From Vicugna vicugna (lineage: Eukaryota), in assembly GCA_013265495.1 (NCBI GenBank), contig MU058009.1:870001-934000 (forward strand): a stretch of 64,000 bases of DNA. The letters are read 5' to 3'. The translations under genes and the position numbers were made by a program. The stretch's first letter is position 1. Each line of letters begins with the position of its first letter. Shown piece after piece: positions 25,520 through 38,711 of this stretch. A model generated the notes under the pieces. The model was not told where the DNA came from, made no database searches, and saw only the letters and a program-made list of their open reading frames with translations.

Positions 25520-25700
25520 GGTACTAAGATGAAGGGACTGAGGGTCGGACAACCTGGGGTGGAATCCCACGCCTTCCACTTACGAATCTCTGGGTCAATA
25601 TCTTTATTTGTAAAATGTGAATTGTTGTCGTATTGAAAGTCTTAGCGAGGTCAGAACTTTAATAACTTGGTTCAGTGCTGAACTCATCATAATGACCCAA
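25520..25700 (+). mobile_element. MIR SINE
   Basis: acctggggtggaatcccacgccttccacttac...tttgtaaaatg. Confidence 0.55.
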
Positions 25701-26234
25701 AATGTGTCAGCCCTTGTGCATTCCATTATTATTTTCATCATTAGTGTTACCAACCCAAGGCCCTGCTTGGTGTCTTTCTTCAGGGCTGATCGGATGCTGC
25801 AATCCTGACCTTTATGTGTGGATATCTTGTTATTTCTTAAAGCCCCACCCACTGGGACATTAACCTGACACTTGGAATTTGTTCAGGAGGCGCCATATTG
25901 GACATTCAGCACTGCCATTCATCAGAGCCATTCTTATTTTAACACAGTGCAGAGGGCTGCAGCCCAGCTTTCCAATTAGGTAGGAGCCACACAGCCTTTC
26001 CCTGCACCTCCTGAGCAGGTTTCTACCTACAGCCAGCATCTTCCTCTACTCTGCTGGCCTCATTATGTCACCTCATAAGCATGGGGGAAAAGCAAAATCA
26101 ATGGATGTTTTCCCACAAGACAAAGGATACTATTTCATATTCATCCCTGAGGTTTTAATTGGGTGATATTAATGACTAGAATGTGGCAGGAAAAAGAAAT
26201 AGTCATTTGAAAAGGGAAAAAAAAAGAGATCATG

Positions 26235-26430
26235 TTAAAAGTAGCAGAGATTTATCATCAAATACTTGAAGACTTGTTCTGGAGACTTAGCAGTGTATTT
26301 ATTGTGTGTTATTTCAGCCAGCAGATCTAGGACCAATGAGTCGAAATTATGGGGAGGCTAATGTCGACTAATTAAAGATGAACTTTTCAACAATTAGAGT
26401 TGGTGAAGAATAGAATGAAATTGCTCGAAA
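26235..26430 (+). mobile_element. L3/CR1 LINE 3' fragment
   Basis: caaatacttgaag...gcagatctaggaccaatg...gaacttttcaacaattagagttgg matches the CR1/L3 3' region. Confidence 0.7.
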
Positions 26431-27499
26431 ATCTTTGCCTTTCTTCAGGGTTCAAGAATCAATAACAACTACATTAAATAAGTGTAAATAATAATTAGTT
26501 ACTCCCCCTTGAGTTTAGGGTTAATTTAACAGCACGATCTCCATTTTCTGTCTCCTATACCCAACCCTGGCTAAAAATAAACTTATTGCTAATTCTGAGG
26601 CATTCTGAGTGCAAACGAAAGCTACAGACACAAAAATAAAAGTAAACTCCAACAGAGGCCCTTAACACAGAGTCCAAAAACTTAGCAGAACACCCCAAAC
26701 CCCTAACAGAAATGAATACATTTCTTCAAAACACCCAAAAAGTATCCTTACCACCCTTACTACTTTGTGTGCTGAACTCCTTTATTCTGCCTAATTTCAG
26801 GACATGACTCAGATTGGTCTAGTTCAAGGATTAGTTAACAGGCGTTTGGAGACCTAAAGCCAGATCCGCCCGCTTGGTGAGCCAGCTGTTGGGGGCTGAA
26901 GGTCAGTTCAGCACACGGAGTGTGGCGCCCTAATGTGAGACTGAGCAGAGCTGTCTTCTGGCTCAGGTCACGGGTGACAAGCCCAGCACGGGGCCGGGCT
27001 GCCAGGGAGGCTCAGGACAGCGTAGGAGTGCGCCTCCGCCAACAGTAATGGGACCCTCAAATGGGCGGCGCTGAGGAGTCGTGGCGGGCAAACAGCTGTT
27101 AGCAGGCACTCCTCTCCTCTGCGTCTCCACTCCAGCCTGTGGTTTAAGAGAGGAACTCAGTCCCTGGAAAAGGAGAAGGAACTAAATCAAAATAAGGACT
27201 TGGACCCACAAGGACAGGGAAATCAGGAAGATGACACAAGATCAGATATAGTGCCAAAAAGGCAGTGAAACAATTGCCTTTGTAACTAGACGTAAGTTGT
27301 AAGATAAGGGGTGGGGAGGGTTTGGGTTTGAAGCAAAACAAAGTAGAACCTCAGTTTCCAGAACCCAGAGCTGACCTCAGACATCATGCATTTCCCCAAG
27401 TCTCAGTTGCTCCCTGTCTCATCTCCCAGTCATGATCATGGGACTCATGAAAAACCTCGGCCAATAATACCTCCTTTCCACAGAAGCTGGGGTATTAGG

Positions 27500-27735
27500 T
27501 AAAAGCTGAGAGCACGGAATCTGGAGCCAGACTGCCTGGTTCGAATCCCGACTCTGTCGTTCCCTCCCTGGGAGGCTGGGGTCTCCGGGAAGCTGCGTAA
27601 CCTCGCCGTGGCCCGGCTTCCTCACGGGAAATGGTAATAATACTAGTGCTTATGCCACGAGGTTGTTGGAGGGGCAACGTGAGTAGAACCCTGCGAATGG
27701 TGTCCGACACTTAAATTACAAGTGTCATCGAACAA
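27500..27735 (+). mobile_element. MIR SINE with many GC-ward substitutions
   Basis: gagagcacggaatctggagccagactgcctggttcgaatcccgactctg...taatactagtgc...gaggttgttggagg. Confidence 0.9.
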
Positions 27736-28174
27736 ATGCAACAAGAAGGGTAGAGGCTTCTCTTCGAGAGCAGTTATAGTGCAAATGCTGTGTCCTAAAC
27801 GTGATGGTGAAGATGGGGATTGTTTACAAACACTTTCCCGTTAACCGCTGACCCTCTGAAGTCCACCTCCTCTCCGGATCGTCTTCATTTCCTCTGGGTG
27901 GTTGATCACTGCCCCTTCTTTGCAATTTTACTTAATCAAGGGAAGCTTGATGAAGGTGTCTTAAGAGGTTCTCAGGCAAGTAGCATTCCACCCTGAAGGA
28001 GGCCGGGTAGGTGAGAGCCACGAATGAATGGGTGGAAGGGGTGTGACTTGGAGGATAGCTCAAGCTCTTGACTATGCAATCGGGATGCCATCCCCTCTAA
28101 TCACCCTTGATGCTGATTAAGGCAGAGCAGGAATATGAATATGTTTCCCTTCTTCGTGCTTTCATGGTCCTCAT

Positions 28175-28687
28175 GTGACAGTCCTCCAGAGAAACAGAAG
28201 CAATAGGAGACCCATATCTGTGTCTGTGTCTCTGTCTATCTAGCTAGAAAGAGATTTACTGTAAGGTGTTGGCTCACATAATTATGAAGGCTGAGAGGTC
28301 CCTCGGTCTGCCACTTGCAGGCTGGAGACCCAGGAAAGCTGGTGATGGGGTATGAAGGGCTGAGAGCCGGCAGGGCTGATGGTGTAGATTCCAGCTCAAG
28401 TCTAAAGGTCCGAGAACCAGGAATGCCAAGGGCAGAAGATCCGAATCCCAGCTCAACATTGAGGCATAGTGAACTCAACCTTCCTCTACCTTTCTATTCT
28501 ATTCAGTCCCTGAATGGACTGAATGAAGCCCACCCACACCAGGGAGTGCCATCTGCTTTATCAGTCCACCGATGCCAACGCTAACCTCTTCCAGAAACAC
28601 ACTCACTGTACATCCGGGATAACAGCTCACCAAACATTTAGGCATCCCTTGGTCCAGTCAGGTTGACACATACCATTAACCATCACG
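28175..28687 (-). mobile_element. MLT2-family (ERVL) solo LTR
   Basis: ctccagagaaacagaa.caatagga...ttggctcacataattatgaaggctgag...caggttgacaca...attaaccatcac (reverse complement of the tgtgatggttaat start). Confidence 0.9.
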
Positions 28688-29639
28688 GTCCTCCATGGCC
28701 ATGACTGAGCCATGGTGGTGTAGCAGAAAGAGTATGGGTCCAGCTCAAACCCTGAGCCGACCCCCAGTGGGTATCCTCGGGCCATTTACCTCATCTTTTT
28801 GAGTCTCGATGTCTTTATCTAGTAAGTGAACTTAGCATTATCTGTTTTCTAGAGCTGTGACTATTAAATTATATCAAGTAAATAGGGCTGATAGTAAAGT
28901 GCCTCCTTACAGACAATCTTCCACGTCCTTATCCTATTTAATTATCATAGAAAAAGAGAGAAGCACATATGCAATTCTTCCAAGTGTTCTGACTCCATCC
29001 TTCCCTATTCCAGGTGTTAACAAAAAAAGCCCCTAAGAGGGGCATGATTGATTAAATAGAGGGGGTGGATGTCTGGGATTTCAGTGACAGTGTGCAGTGT
29101 TATTTCCTCTGGGTGTTCAGGCATTTTCTGAGATGGAACTGACTACAATCAGAAAAGGGCCACTTCAGTGATCAAGGAGTTGGGAAGATTGACAATGAGA
29201 AGAAATTTGCTATACATTAAGGGTACAGAAATTGGTTTATGAGCACTGTTGGCAAGGTTTTCCTGCAGAAGAACGAGGGGCCCCTCTCTGAAGAAGTGAA
29301 GAGGCAATTTAGTGTCATACAAAGAAAATTCAATGTGCAGTGGGAAGCCAGAATCCATTCCCACCAAAAGTGAAACAGATTGAAAATATTAAAAGTTCAT
29401 CCACAGAGAGATTGACTCATTGATTGGTTATGGGGGGAAATGAGGTTTAGAGGGTTCACATTTAACCACATGATGCTGTTCCCGCTGGACAAAATACTGT
29501 TGATTGGTCCCAGGACTGACCCAGGTCATTGGCATAGAAAGGGCAAGAATCTCCACGAGTTTCTGGGCCACACCCCGCGCTCTTTGATTCAGGGCAGTCA
29601 TCAGCACAGAAGCCCGGAGGAAGCAATGCCTAATAATGG

Positions 29640-29835
29640 CGGTTCTGGTATCTGCCTGGACAAGTTCGTATCTGTGCTCCAACTCTTATTCCGAATGTGA
29701 CCTTGGGAAAGTTTCTAACCTCCCTGCTTCAGTTTTCCCAAAAGTAAAAAGTGGACGGTAAAGGTCCTCACAGTTTTGTCATGAAGATTAAATAAGCTGT
29801 CTGTGTAAAGGCTCTCACAGCGTCTGTTTGGCATA
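29640..29835 (+). mobile_element. MIR SINE
   Basis: tgtgaccttgggaaagtttctaacctccctgcttcagttttcc...gaagattaaataag. Confidence 0.8.
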
Positions 29836-30254
29836 AGCATCCCATCAAGTCAGCAGCTGCCACTGTTGTGGGGGCGCAGGTAAGACTGGGTCAGGTCCTA
29901 GAAGTCGGGGCCAAGTCAGGACAAGAGGGATGCAAATGTTGCCCCTCCAGAGCAGTTTCTAGCATTCCCTCCAGAATCACCACCTGTCTTGTTAGAATCA
30001 CTCTTAAGTCCTCCGTAGCAGGGGGAAGCTGCCGGAGAGAGGGTGAGTAACGTGTCTTGCCCGTAGAAATGCACGGCAGAACTGAAATTATAACCCAGGT
30101 CCGTCTAACTTCACATTCATTTCTCTTATCTCCCGCCCCCAGTACTTAATTATTTAGAAGACTTATTTACCTTAATATGCTCTGCCCTTTTTTTTTCTTT
30201 TTTACTGCAGATAAAACAGTGCTTGTTTTTCAGTTTTATTTTATTTTAGTCTTT

Positions 30255-30690
30255 TCATCTTACCAATGTACAATTGACACATACAAATTGTATATTTTTG
30301 AAGTGTGTAACATCATGTTTTGATTTATGGATTCACTGTGAAATGATTACCACAATGAAGCTAATTAACACATTCATCACCTCAGTCACCTCTTCCCTCC
30401 CTCCCTCCCTTTCTCTCCTTCTCTCTTTCTCTCTTTCTTTCTCTCTTTCTTTCTCTCTTTCTTTCTTCCTTCCTTCCTTCCTTCCTTCCTTCCTTCCTTC
30501 CTTCCTTCCTTCCTTCCTTCCTTCCTTCCTTCCTTCCTTCCTTCCTTCCTTTCATGGGAACACCATACCTCTTACAAAACTGCCAGGATGCAACAATCTA
30601 TTTTTAGTAGTAGTTACCGAGTTGTACACGAGATCCCCAGAACTCAGCCGTCTGACATAACTGAAACTCTACCTTTGACCAATGTCTCTG
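30255..30690 (-). mobile_element. L1MA9-like 3' end containing an expanded pyrimidine microsatellite
   Basis: aattgacacatacaaattgtata...ctgtgaaatgattaccacaatgaagctaattaacac...agatccccagaactc...taactgaaactct. Confidence 0.85.
30389..30553 (+). repeat. 165-bp pure polypyrimidine tract including about 21 CTTC units
   Basis: No purine between 30389 and 30553. Confidence 0.95.
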
Positions 30691-31164
30691 CCTGTATCTC
30701 TAATATGTGCTCTGAACCGTCTTTCAGTCTTCCACTCTTCAAGGCTATGTTTTAAATTCCTTCCGAGGAGTACCCGGCCTACTTTCTAGATTTGCAGACT
30801 TAAATAAGACAACATACTTAAGACATGAAGCACAGTAGCCTCCATGCAGTCAAAATGCAATAAACGCTGGCTATCGTTATTGAAATGACCTAACTGTTGA
30901 CGGAGGGGGCTATGAATCAGAGGAAAGTTCCCTGTAATATTATCAGCCTCTGTCCCTGACTATGGCTGCTCCTTCCATGACCACTGATCAATCACTACAA
31001 CTAGATGCTAGGACGCTGCCCAGCCGTCTCTGCCTGTGGCTCAATTAGCTACACTAAATGGAGAGACCAGAGGAAAAATGTGGGCTTCATTTCTGTTGGG
31101 CATTATGGTGACCCTGTTCATTGACTGATGCTGCCTTTCTAATCTCTTTCTCCCTTTCCGCCTC

Positions 31165-31568
31165 CAATACAGAGGCAGCATAAATTAAATACAGTTCTCC
31201 CCTGACTCCCTTGCAGCTAGAGGTGGCAGAGTCCTTCAACACAGTTCCCACCTAGAAATACAAGTCAAAGTCTCCTGGGAGCGCCGGGAAAGCTTGTAGT
31301 CCTCCTGCGAAAGGACGGTCCCAGCCACCACCTCTGCTCTCAGCCTGCTTGGACGCCAACACTACAGTTGAAGATGCAACCCCAGTCTTGCTCCCTGGAG
31401 GAAAGCTCAAGGGAATCAGAGACAATAGCCGTGACCGATGAAGTCACTAATTAACCCCAGCGAAACTCTCTTCCAGATTATTATGGGAAAAAAATGAAGT
31501 CTCTGTTTGCTTAAGACATTAAATCAAGGTCTCTGTTATTTGCAGCCAATGCATTCATAACAGATACA
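31165..31568 (+). mobile_element. MLT1 (MaLR) solo LTR, old subfamily
   Basis: ctcccttgcagctagaggtggc...tctctgttatttgcagccaatgcattcataacagataca 3' end. Confidence 0.75.
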
Positions 31569-31729
31569 TGCATTTGCTTAGGGCAGGAAGGCAGTGGGTT
31601 GGGAAGTATGTCTATATATGTGCATATATATATATATGGGATGAATTCCTTTCCTGTGAATGATGAGGCAGAGGATGGACAAGGAGGGCTTCAACTGTTT
31701 TTCAGTTTCTGGCAAACACACAGTGATTT

Positions 31730-31875
31730 TTATCATTGTGGCCTCGTTTACTCCTCAACAACCCTCTAGTGTTATCTTATCCCTTTTATAGATGAGAAAA
31801 ATGAGGCACAGTGAGATCGCGTAACTTGCTTAAAATCACGCGACTAGTATGTGGGAGAGCCGGCATCAGAACTGA
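31730..31875 (-). mobile_element. MIR SINE
   Basis: ccttttatagatgagaaaaatgaggcacagtgagatcgcgtaacttgc. Confidence 0.8.
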
Positions 31876-33834
31876 GAGTTAATAATGGTGGACTTGTGCA
31901 CAAAGCATGCTTTCCCAGCAGATAATGCCTTAAACCTAGCAGAGATGAAAAAATTAGATCTCTGAAATATCTGGACCTAAAGGACTACCTTTATCAGGAA
32001 TAGGGGATGAGAGAACTCTCTCCTCTCAGGCACACTTTTGCTCCCCATTTTGCTCTAATAAACTGTGAAATCTGATGATCCATGTCCATCTGAGCAGAAG
32101 GGAGTGGTTTTCAGGTTGTGTGTGGTCCAGCCCTCAGAACTACTTTGCAAACCATTCCCGTTCTAAGTTCTGACCCAGAAAGCATGCTTTTCCTGGTCCT
32201 TCACAGCAGGTCTGCTCGTCTTTGATGAACAGAAGCCAACAAACTTGGAGTCTTCATACCCAGATTCCCCAACAATCTCAAGGAAATTAGTTTGACAGCT
32301 GAGTGATGTCAACCAACTGAGAAATGTAAAACAGAACACAGAGGAGAACCCCAAGGGATGCTGTGCCTGGAGGATCATATCAGTTTTATTAAACCTTGGC
32401 GAGCATCTCAGGAAGATGAGCATGGGCTGGAATGAAGATAACTCGTGTGGCTTCTCCTGGGAGGCCATCGCAGTCTCCTCTGGGCAGCAGGTTCTCAGGA
32501 GAAAGAGGTTAATCTTAACCTGAGTTCCTACTTTGTGGATGGTGGGGACCATTTCACTACTGCTCGACAGAATCACCGTGGGTGTAAGCTGCTGGATCTT
32601 GGTAGGGGGTGGATTGGAGGTGGTGGACACTGGTGGGTGGAGGTTCCCTTCATGAGCCAAAATCGAAGCAGACTCCGCACCAAGCAATCTGCCAGATTCT
32701 AACTGGAGGCTGAGAGATTTCTAACATCACCCCAAGCCCACGGTCAGCTCTGCACTTGTACTTGCCGTGACACCAGAGTGTGCCCTTGAGAAAGGCAGCC
32801 GGCCACCAGCTCTGCTTCGCCTCCTTCTTCAGTCCCTGGATTCAGCATGAGGCCTCTCTCAGGTCTCATCTCTGGGGGACAGTGGCACTTCGGCTCTGCT
32901 CCCATCTGGCGCCACCTCATTTCCGGTGGACCAGACTTGGTGGGACCCTACCTTGGCTCTGGGATCATGGCTCAGTCCTGTAGTCCCAAGACTCATCTCC
33001 AATAAGTGATTATGGGAAATGCAAACGACTGAGTGGGACTGAGTGTGAAAGCTTCAATATCATAGAGCATTTTGAAGGGGAGTTCAAAGGTTCCTCTTGT
33101 GACAACCCAATGGTGTCTCCCTGGTGACTCCAGAAATGCACGTGGCCGAATGTCTAACTCAGCTTCCTGCGTTCCACTGAGAGCCCAGCACCCAGCTGTC
33201 ACCTCTGTAACACTCTGAGTTTTTGTCCTGGTGTGAAAGCCATCGTCTTAACCGGGAGAGGCCCTCAGAAACCATGTCTTCTCTAATCTGAGAAACAGTG
33301 CTCACAATACGATCCCCAGCTGGAGCAGGAACACTTCCAATGATGACGGATCTTCAAGAAGGGCTGGAAGAATGCTGGACAGTGGTAATAATAAGCATTG
33401 GGGTGGGGGCACAGCTGTAATGACCTTTTATTTTTTTCATGTAACGATATGGAGAAATGCATTAGGCATTAGGAATAAGAGCAGGCATATCGACTTGGTT
33501 ATAGACCTTATATGGGTACATGTATTTAAAAAAAAAAAGATGTGAGAGGACTTGCAAAAGGTATGAGAGAAACCGAACATTTTCCCTGCATCCTGCACTT
33601 GGTACTCTACTGCCCGCACCACTCGGAGCTAACATTCTCCCGACTCAGCCTCAAGCATGGACCTCCGTGACAACTGTTTGGAGATTCTAGCTTTAGAGAG
33701 TGGGGACATTTAAAAGATAAAAACAAACAAATAAAAAACAAAAAAACAACAACAAACGACAAAACAGTGAAGGAAAGAGTCTAGAAAACATCAGGAGAGG
33801 AAGAGAAGGAAGGAGGGGAATCTCTTCCAGAAGG

Positions 33835-33982
33835 CTGCATCTCAAGGGTGGTCCCTCGATCGGCAGCGACCGCATCACTGGAGAACTTGTTAGACCTGCA
33901 AATTTTCAGACGCTGCCCCACCCCGGAATTTCTGAATCTAAAATTCTAGCAGGGGCACAGCAGAAAGTTTGAGAACTTCTCT
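33835..33982. mobile_element. MER5A-like hAT MITE
   Basis: ctcaagggtggtccct...gcatcactggagaacttgttaga...tgaatc...aaagtttgagaac. Confidence 0.75.
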
Positions 33983-36839
33983 AATGCCTTGGGTGAGAAG
34001 CAGCTCTCCATTTCCCAAGGCAGTGAATCCTATCTTTGTAGCAATCCCTCTGATGGTAACTTTTTTCTCCTTTTAACAAGTTGAATGCCATTTATTTCTC
34101 TGGGACTCCTAGCTCCCCCTTTCCTCTGTTGGGTCAGTCTGAATTTAGGCTTTATTTTAGCCACTGCCTTTGGCTCATCTATCTTCACAATGCCTTGATT
34201 AGTCCCATTTTAAAGATGTTGAAGACCAAGGTTCAGATTCATATGGGTAGCATCCACTAACTCAGAGCTCTTTGCAGTAAATGATCAGAATTTCTTGTAA
34301 CGCTAGCTGAAGCTGACAGTCCTTACAGGATAAAAATCCCTAGCAAATAAAAATCTTAAAGGGAGAAACAAATGCTAACGGAAGAAAATATTCCTGGCAG
34401 ATATGATGCAAATAAAACTGACGCTTGGTGAGTGTTACTGAACGAAAATATTAGTTGCATAAAAATGCTAACTATAGAGACAAATGTTAAGAGCTGAGCA
34501 TTGCTGGGAATGCACAGCAAATAATATTGCTGAAAGAAAATTTATTAACTGCAGGAGAAAGGAAAGGAGCCCGAGTCATTTATGACAGACAAACACCTCG
34601 AGGAGAGGATGCTTCCTATGGTAATAGATTGTTGTTGCATTCACAGCTCCAGTGTCAAAACGTCTCAGCCTGACTTGGCAGCTTTTATTTTTTTTATTAT
34701 TATTTGGTACTTTTGCAAGATGGCTTGCTATTCCAGCACCAACAGCATGTACTCATTTATGAAAAAAAATCACTCCCCACGCTGCCCTGGAGTATTTGCC
34801 AAATTGCTCTCCTGGACCTTGTGCACCTGGCCTCCCACGCGTCCATGCACCGCTTCCCTTCCCCTCCACTGCCAGTGGGATGCAACTGCAGGCACTGAGG
34901 TCACCGGGTGTGGCGTGATGAGGTGGCCTTTCTAAGAGAAAGCCGAGATGAAACAAGGTCCCCATATTCTGCAGACAACTTTCTTGATCGTTCTGCTCGA
35001 AGGAAACTTAAGAAAGGAAAGAAGTGTGTTGCCAGCGCTGTCTGTAAGAGGTAATTGTTTTGACACTTTAGCTTAATTACATGAATGAAGCAAGGATTCG
35101 CTGCAACCCACCATGGCAAATGAGAGGAGCCCCTTTCCGCATGTCTACACAAATTAACTTCGCGGTGCTTTGTGGGAAGTGTCAACCGATGTGGATGAGT
35201 TGGGGTTTTTCTTGTTGTTGTTTTGTTTGTTATCATTTTATTTATTTATATCTTTTTTTTTTTTTCTGAAGCAAGGCTGAGATTTTGCATGTCAGTTGCA
35301 GATACAGCCTTTCTTCCGAGTACTGCCTTTGTGTCATCAATCTGATTTCCAGACTTTCTCAGGGCTTTGCCAGGATTTTAAAGGCTCAAATCCGTGGATG
35401 ATACATTGTAACAGGACACTGCAGCAGTCTGACTTACGAGGTAGCCAACCCGTACGCCAACCTTTGACAAGTAGCAGGCAGACACATAGTAGGCAGATGA
35501 TAAATATTTATGGAATAAATGAATGAAATCTGTGTCTAGAGCCGGGTATCTTTCGCTCACTTTAATAGTTACCCCCAGCCTGTCAAAACACTGGAGGCAA
35601 GTAGATTTCACCCTTCAGTGACTCGATTGTGAGCTGTGGGACACAGAGGGTAACCCAGCCAATGGGAGGTTGGTTTAATGAACCCTTCCTCTGCTCCCCA
35701 CCTGGTCTGGCCACAGGGTCCGAAGGGGTTAATGCCTGCAGAGCGCTTGGGGAATGGCTAGTGCTGTGTGAACAGCAGAGTAAATGATCGCCGCTCTGCC
35801 TTTCTGAGACAGGGTCTAGTCCGAGGGAAGGAGCAGGAAGCCTCAGTGTGCGTCTGCCAAGGCTGACGAACTCAGTCCAGGAGCAGGTGAGAGCGAGCTC
35901 GGGCACGTGGCCACGCTGCAGCCACACGTGCTGTCCCGGAGGACCGGGATCCCGGTGGGGAGACGGTCCCTGTGGGGTGTTCTGGATGGGACGCAGTAGA
36001 GATCAGCCATTAGCCACCCTAAGGTTAATCCCTTAGCTTTATCTCAAGTGCAGTGAAGCAGGGGGCAGGACTGCAGTGGCACAGTTTACAGCTTGAGAAT
36101 CTTAACATTTTGATTTTACGTTTTCATAGATTAAGAGCTTGCCTGTGGCAATAACATATTGGGATGCTGAGAATCTACCCAGCATCCAAGGCTCTGCTCT
36201 GCCAGATTCTCCCCATCTTATCTCCACTTCTCCAACCTAGGCTGTTTCCCATCCTTCGGCTCAAATAGCCTTATGGACTGATGCTGGGTTGGGTTGGGTC
36301 TGACCCAGGCACGTTGTACCCTGGATAAGAGAGTGCTGGTCCCAGCACTCAAGGTCCTGATTCTCCCACTAAATTGGCAGGTGATCCAGTGGGAGATTTT
36401 TCTTCTCCAGGCTTCGTCTCCTTGACCTTAACATAAGGTACGAGGACTGGTGCCTTTACGACCCAAAAGGGCTGTTGTGAATATGAAATTAAATAATAAT
36501 TGGGAAGTCTCTTCGAAAGCTACGAACTACATATATAGATATAAAGTACAGCTTTTAGCAACTGTGATTCTGTGATTTTGCATAATCCTGAGAAGAAATG
36601 GGGAGGCAAAACAGAGGGGCGGCCAGAGGCGGGGCTGGCAGCCTCCCTGCCGGGCTGAGGAGGTGAGAAGTGGGGCTCTTCGGGCTGCGGGTCAGGCTGC
36701 AGTGCTAGGACCTGGGAGAGAGAGGGGAGCTGGGGGGTTAAATTGAAAGTCAGCGTCACAGCTGTGCCGGGACGAGCCAGCGTCCTTAAATCTGAGAGGT
36801 AAGGGAGGTATTGTGATAAAACAGAAGCAAGATGGGGCC

Positions 36840-37050
36840 GGGTCCCCGAGGCCTGACACTGTCGACTGTGGTGATGCCTGCTGTGATCCCTGGATAGGTC
36901 CCCTTCTCTGAGTGCCAGTCTCCTCATCTACGGGGCGGGGGCGATTTGAGAACCTGCCCCATAGTGTCGTCGGAAGGGGCAGCTGCAGCCTTGTGTGAAA
37001 TTCTAGTGCACTTAGCCTTTCGGTGAGCATTGGCTCAGGGACCCACTTGG
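36840..37050 (+). mobile_element. MIR SINE, GC-shifted
   Basis: ttctctgagtgccagtctcctcatctacgggg...acctgccccatagtgtcgtcggaagg. Confidence 0.6.
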
Positions 37051-37634
37051 CCATTCATTTATTTCCTTGTTGAATCAGAGCATCTTGCAGTCTTGGGTTA
37101 GGTCCCTGTCCCAGGAGGTCATTAGCATTTAGGGACTTTTTTAATGTTAACTGGAGCTGTCATAAACACCATCCCCAGCAGGAGTTAAGAAAAATGAGGA
37201 CACACCACTGCACCTTTTCCTGCCCATCAGCTTTATTCCTGATTCATCCCAGAGGACCAGAGGGTTTGGGCTCCTCTTCTGGCTCAGTACCCTCTTTCTT
37301 TTGCTGCCTGGGTGTAGGAAGGGCTCCTCTGAGCCAGGCTCATCAAACGGAAGGAAAAGCAATAGACTGGCTGTCTTTCCCTCTGTGAAAATGCTCCCAG
37401 AGGTACCATATAATCAGAGCAGGGCTGTGACAGCCAGCCTGTCTCCACTCTCCCTGTATCCCTGCCGTACTACAACATTAGAAGCAATTAGAGCTTGTTC
37501 TAAGTTGTTTGTAAGATGATTATTACAGCCATTGCAGGGACATTTCAAAACAGTGGAGTTAAGGATTACAGTGTGGCGCCCATTTCTGAAGATGCTAATG
37601 GTGGGTGGCGCTGAGAGGCCCGGGGAGCAGAGAC

Positions 37635-38242
37635 AGAGCCTGGCCCGTCACCCTGCCGACGAGGCCCTGGGCCGGGACGTGCGTCTCCGATGCGGGGCAC
37701 TGAGGGCCGATGGTGGCGTCACCTCCCTTGCAGAGATGCCCAGCAGTGGAGGCTCAGCACCACAAGGACGGGCTGGGCGGCAGGCTGGACCACTTTATCC
37801 TGCTGCTTCCCCAGGCCTGTGAGCAGCCCCTTGGTCTCAGACGTTGAGCACCTAACACAGCATCTCTGGCCACTGTCCCTTCCCTCTGCTTCATCTGACC
37901 ACACGCACAAATACTTCACCAAACTGGAACTGGAAGATAGAGCCTGGCCCGTCACCCTGCCGACGAGGCCCTGGGCTGGGACGTGCGTCTCCGATGCGGG
38001 GCACTGAGGGCCGATGGTGGCGTCACCTCCCTTGCAGAGATGCCCAGCAGTGGAGGCTCAGCACCACAAGGACGGGCTGGGCGGCAGGCTGGACCACTTT
38101 ATCCTGCTGCTTCCCCAGGCCTGTGAGCAGCCCCTTGGTCTCAGACGTTGAGCACCTAACACAGCATCTCTGGCCACTGTCCCTTCCCTCTGCTTCATCT
38201 GACCACACGCACAAATACTTCACCAAACTGGAACTGGAAGAT
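37635..38242 (+). repeat. Head-to-tail tandem duplication, 2 x 304 bp
   Basis: Copies 37635-37938 and 37939-38242 are identical except C37673/T37977; ORFs 37690 and 37994 share their sequence. Confidence 0.97.
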
Positions 38243-38711
38243 CTTCAACCCCAATCCTTCACGATTGTTGTTAAGCCCACTTTTGTTCAGAGGAAGCAGA
38301 AAACAGCTGGTCAGCTCGCTGTGCGCACTGGTTCACTGCTTTCCTCTTTAAGGCTCAGCAAATGCCTTTCTTCTAGCTCCTCGGGCACAGGATCCCGGGC
38401 TGCTTTGTACTGCTTGTCTTTTCATGCCAAGGCCTGTTTAATGTGCCCCTAACAGACGCCAAGCAATGTTCTATGTGCTTCAATTGTATCAGTGGACAAA
38501 ACAAAGATCTTTGCTCTCATGAAACTTGAATTATAAAAAAAAGTGAATAATGGGATAATTATTAAAGAGAAAAAAATTGAGCAGTTAGGACGGGCGTCAC
38601 TGAGGGACTCGTCAACTCTGACTTGGGCTGACAGTGGTCCCCTGACTGGCATTTCCCGTCCCCTCCCAAAGCCCCGCCCTGCTGCCAACCCTGCCCTGAG
38701 CAGAAGTTCTA

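Noticed and set aside
30274..30660. ORF with PSFL repeats
   Set aside because: Translation of the CTTC microsatellite inside an antisense L1
32163..32687. Longest ORF (174 aa, minus strand)
   Set aside because: No recognisable domain, non-ATG start and no convincing splice context; consistent with chance
35943..35956. 14-bp perfect palindrome accgggatcccggt near two CACGTG boxes
   Set aside because: A palindrome of this length is expected by chance in 64 kb
37690..38452. Two ORFs with identical N-termini suggesting paralogous genes
   Set aside because: By-product of the 304-bp duplication; no coding signal
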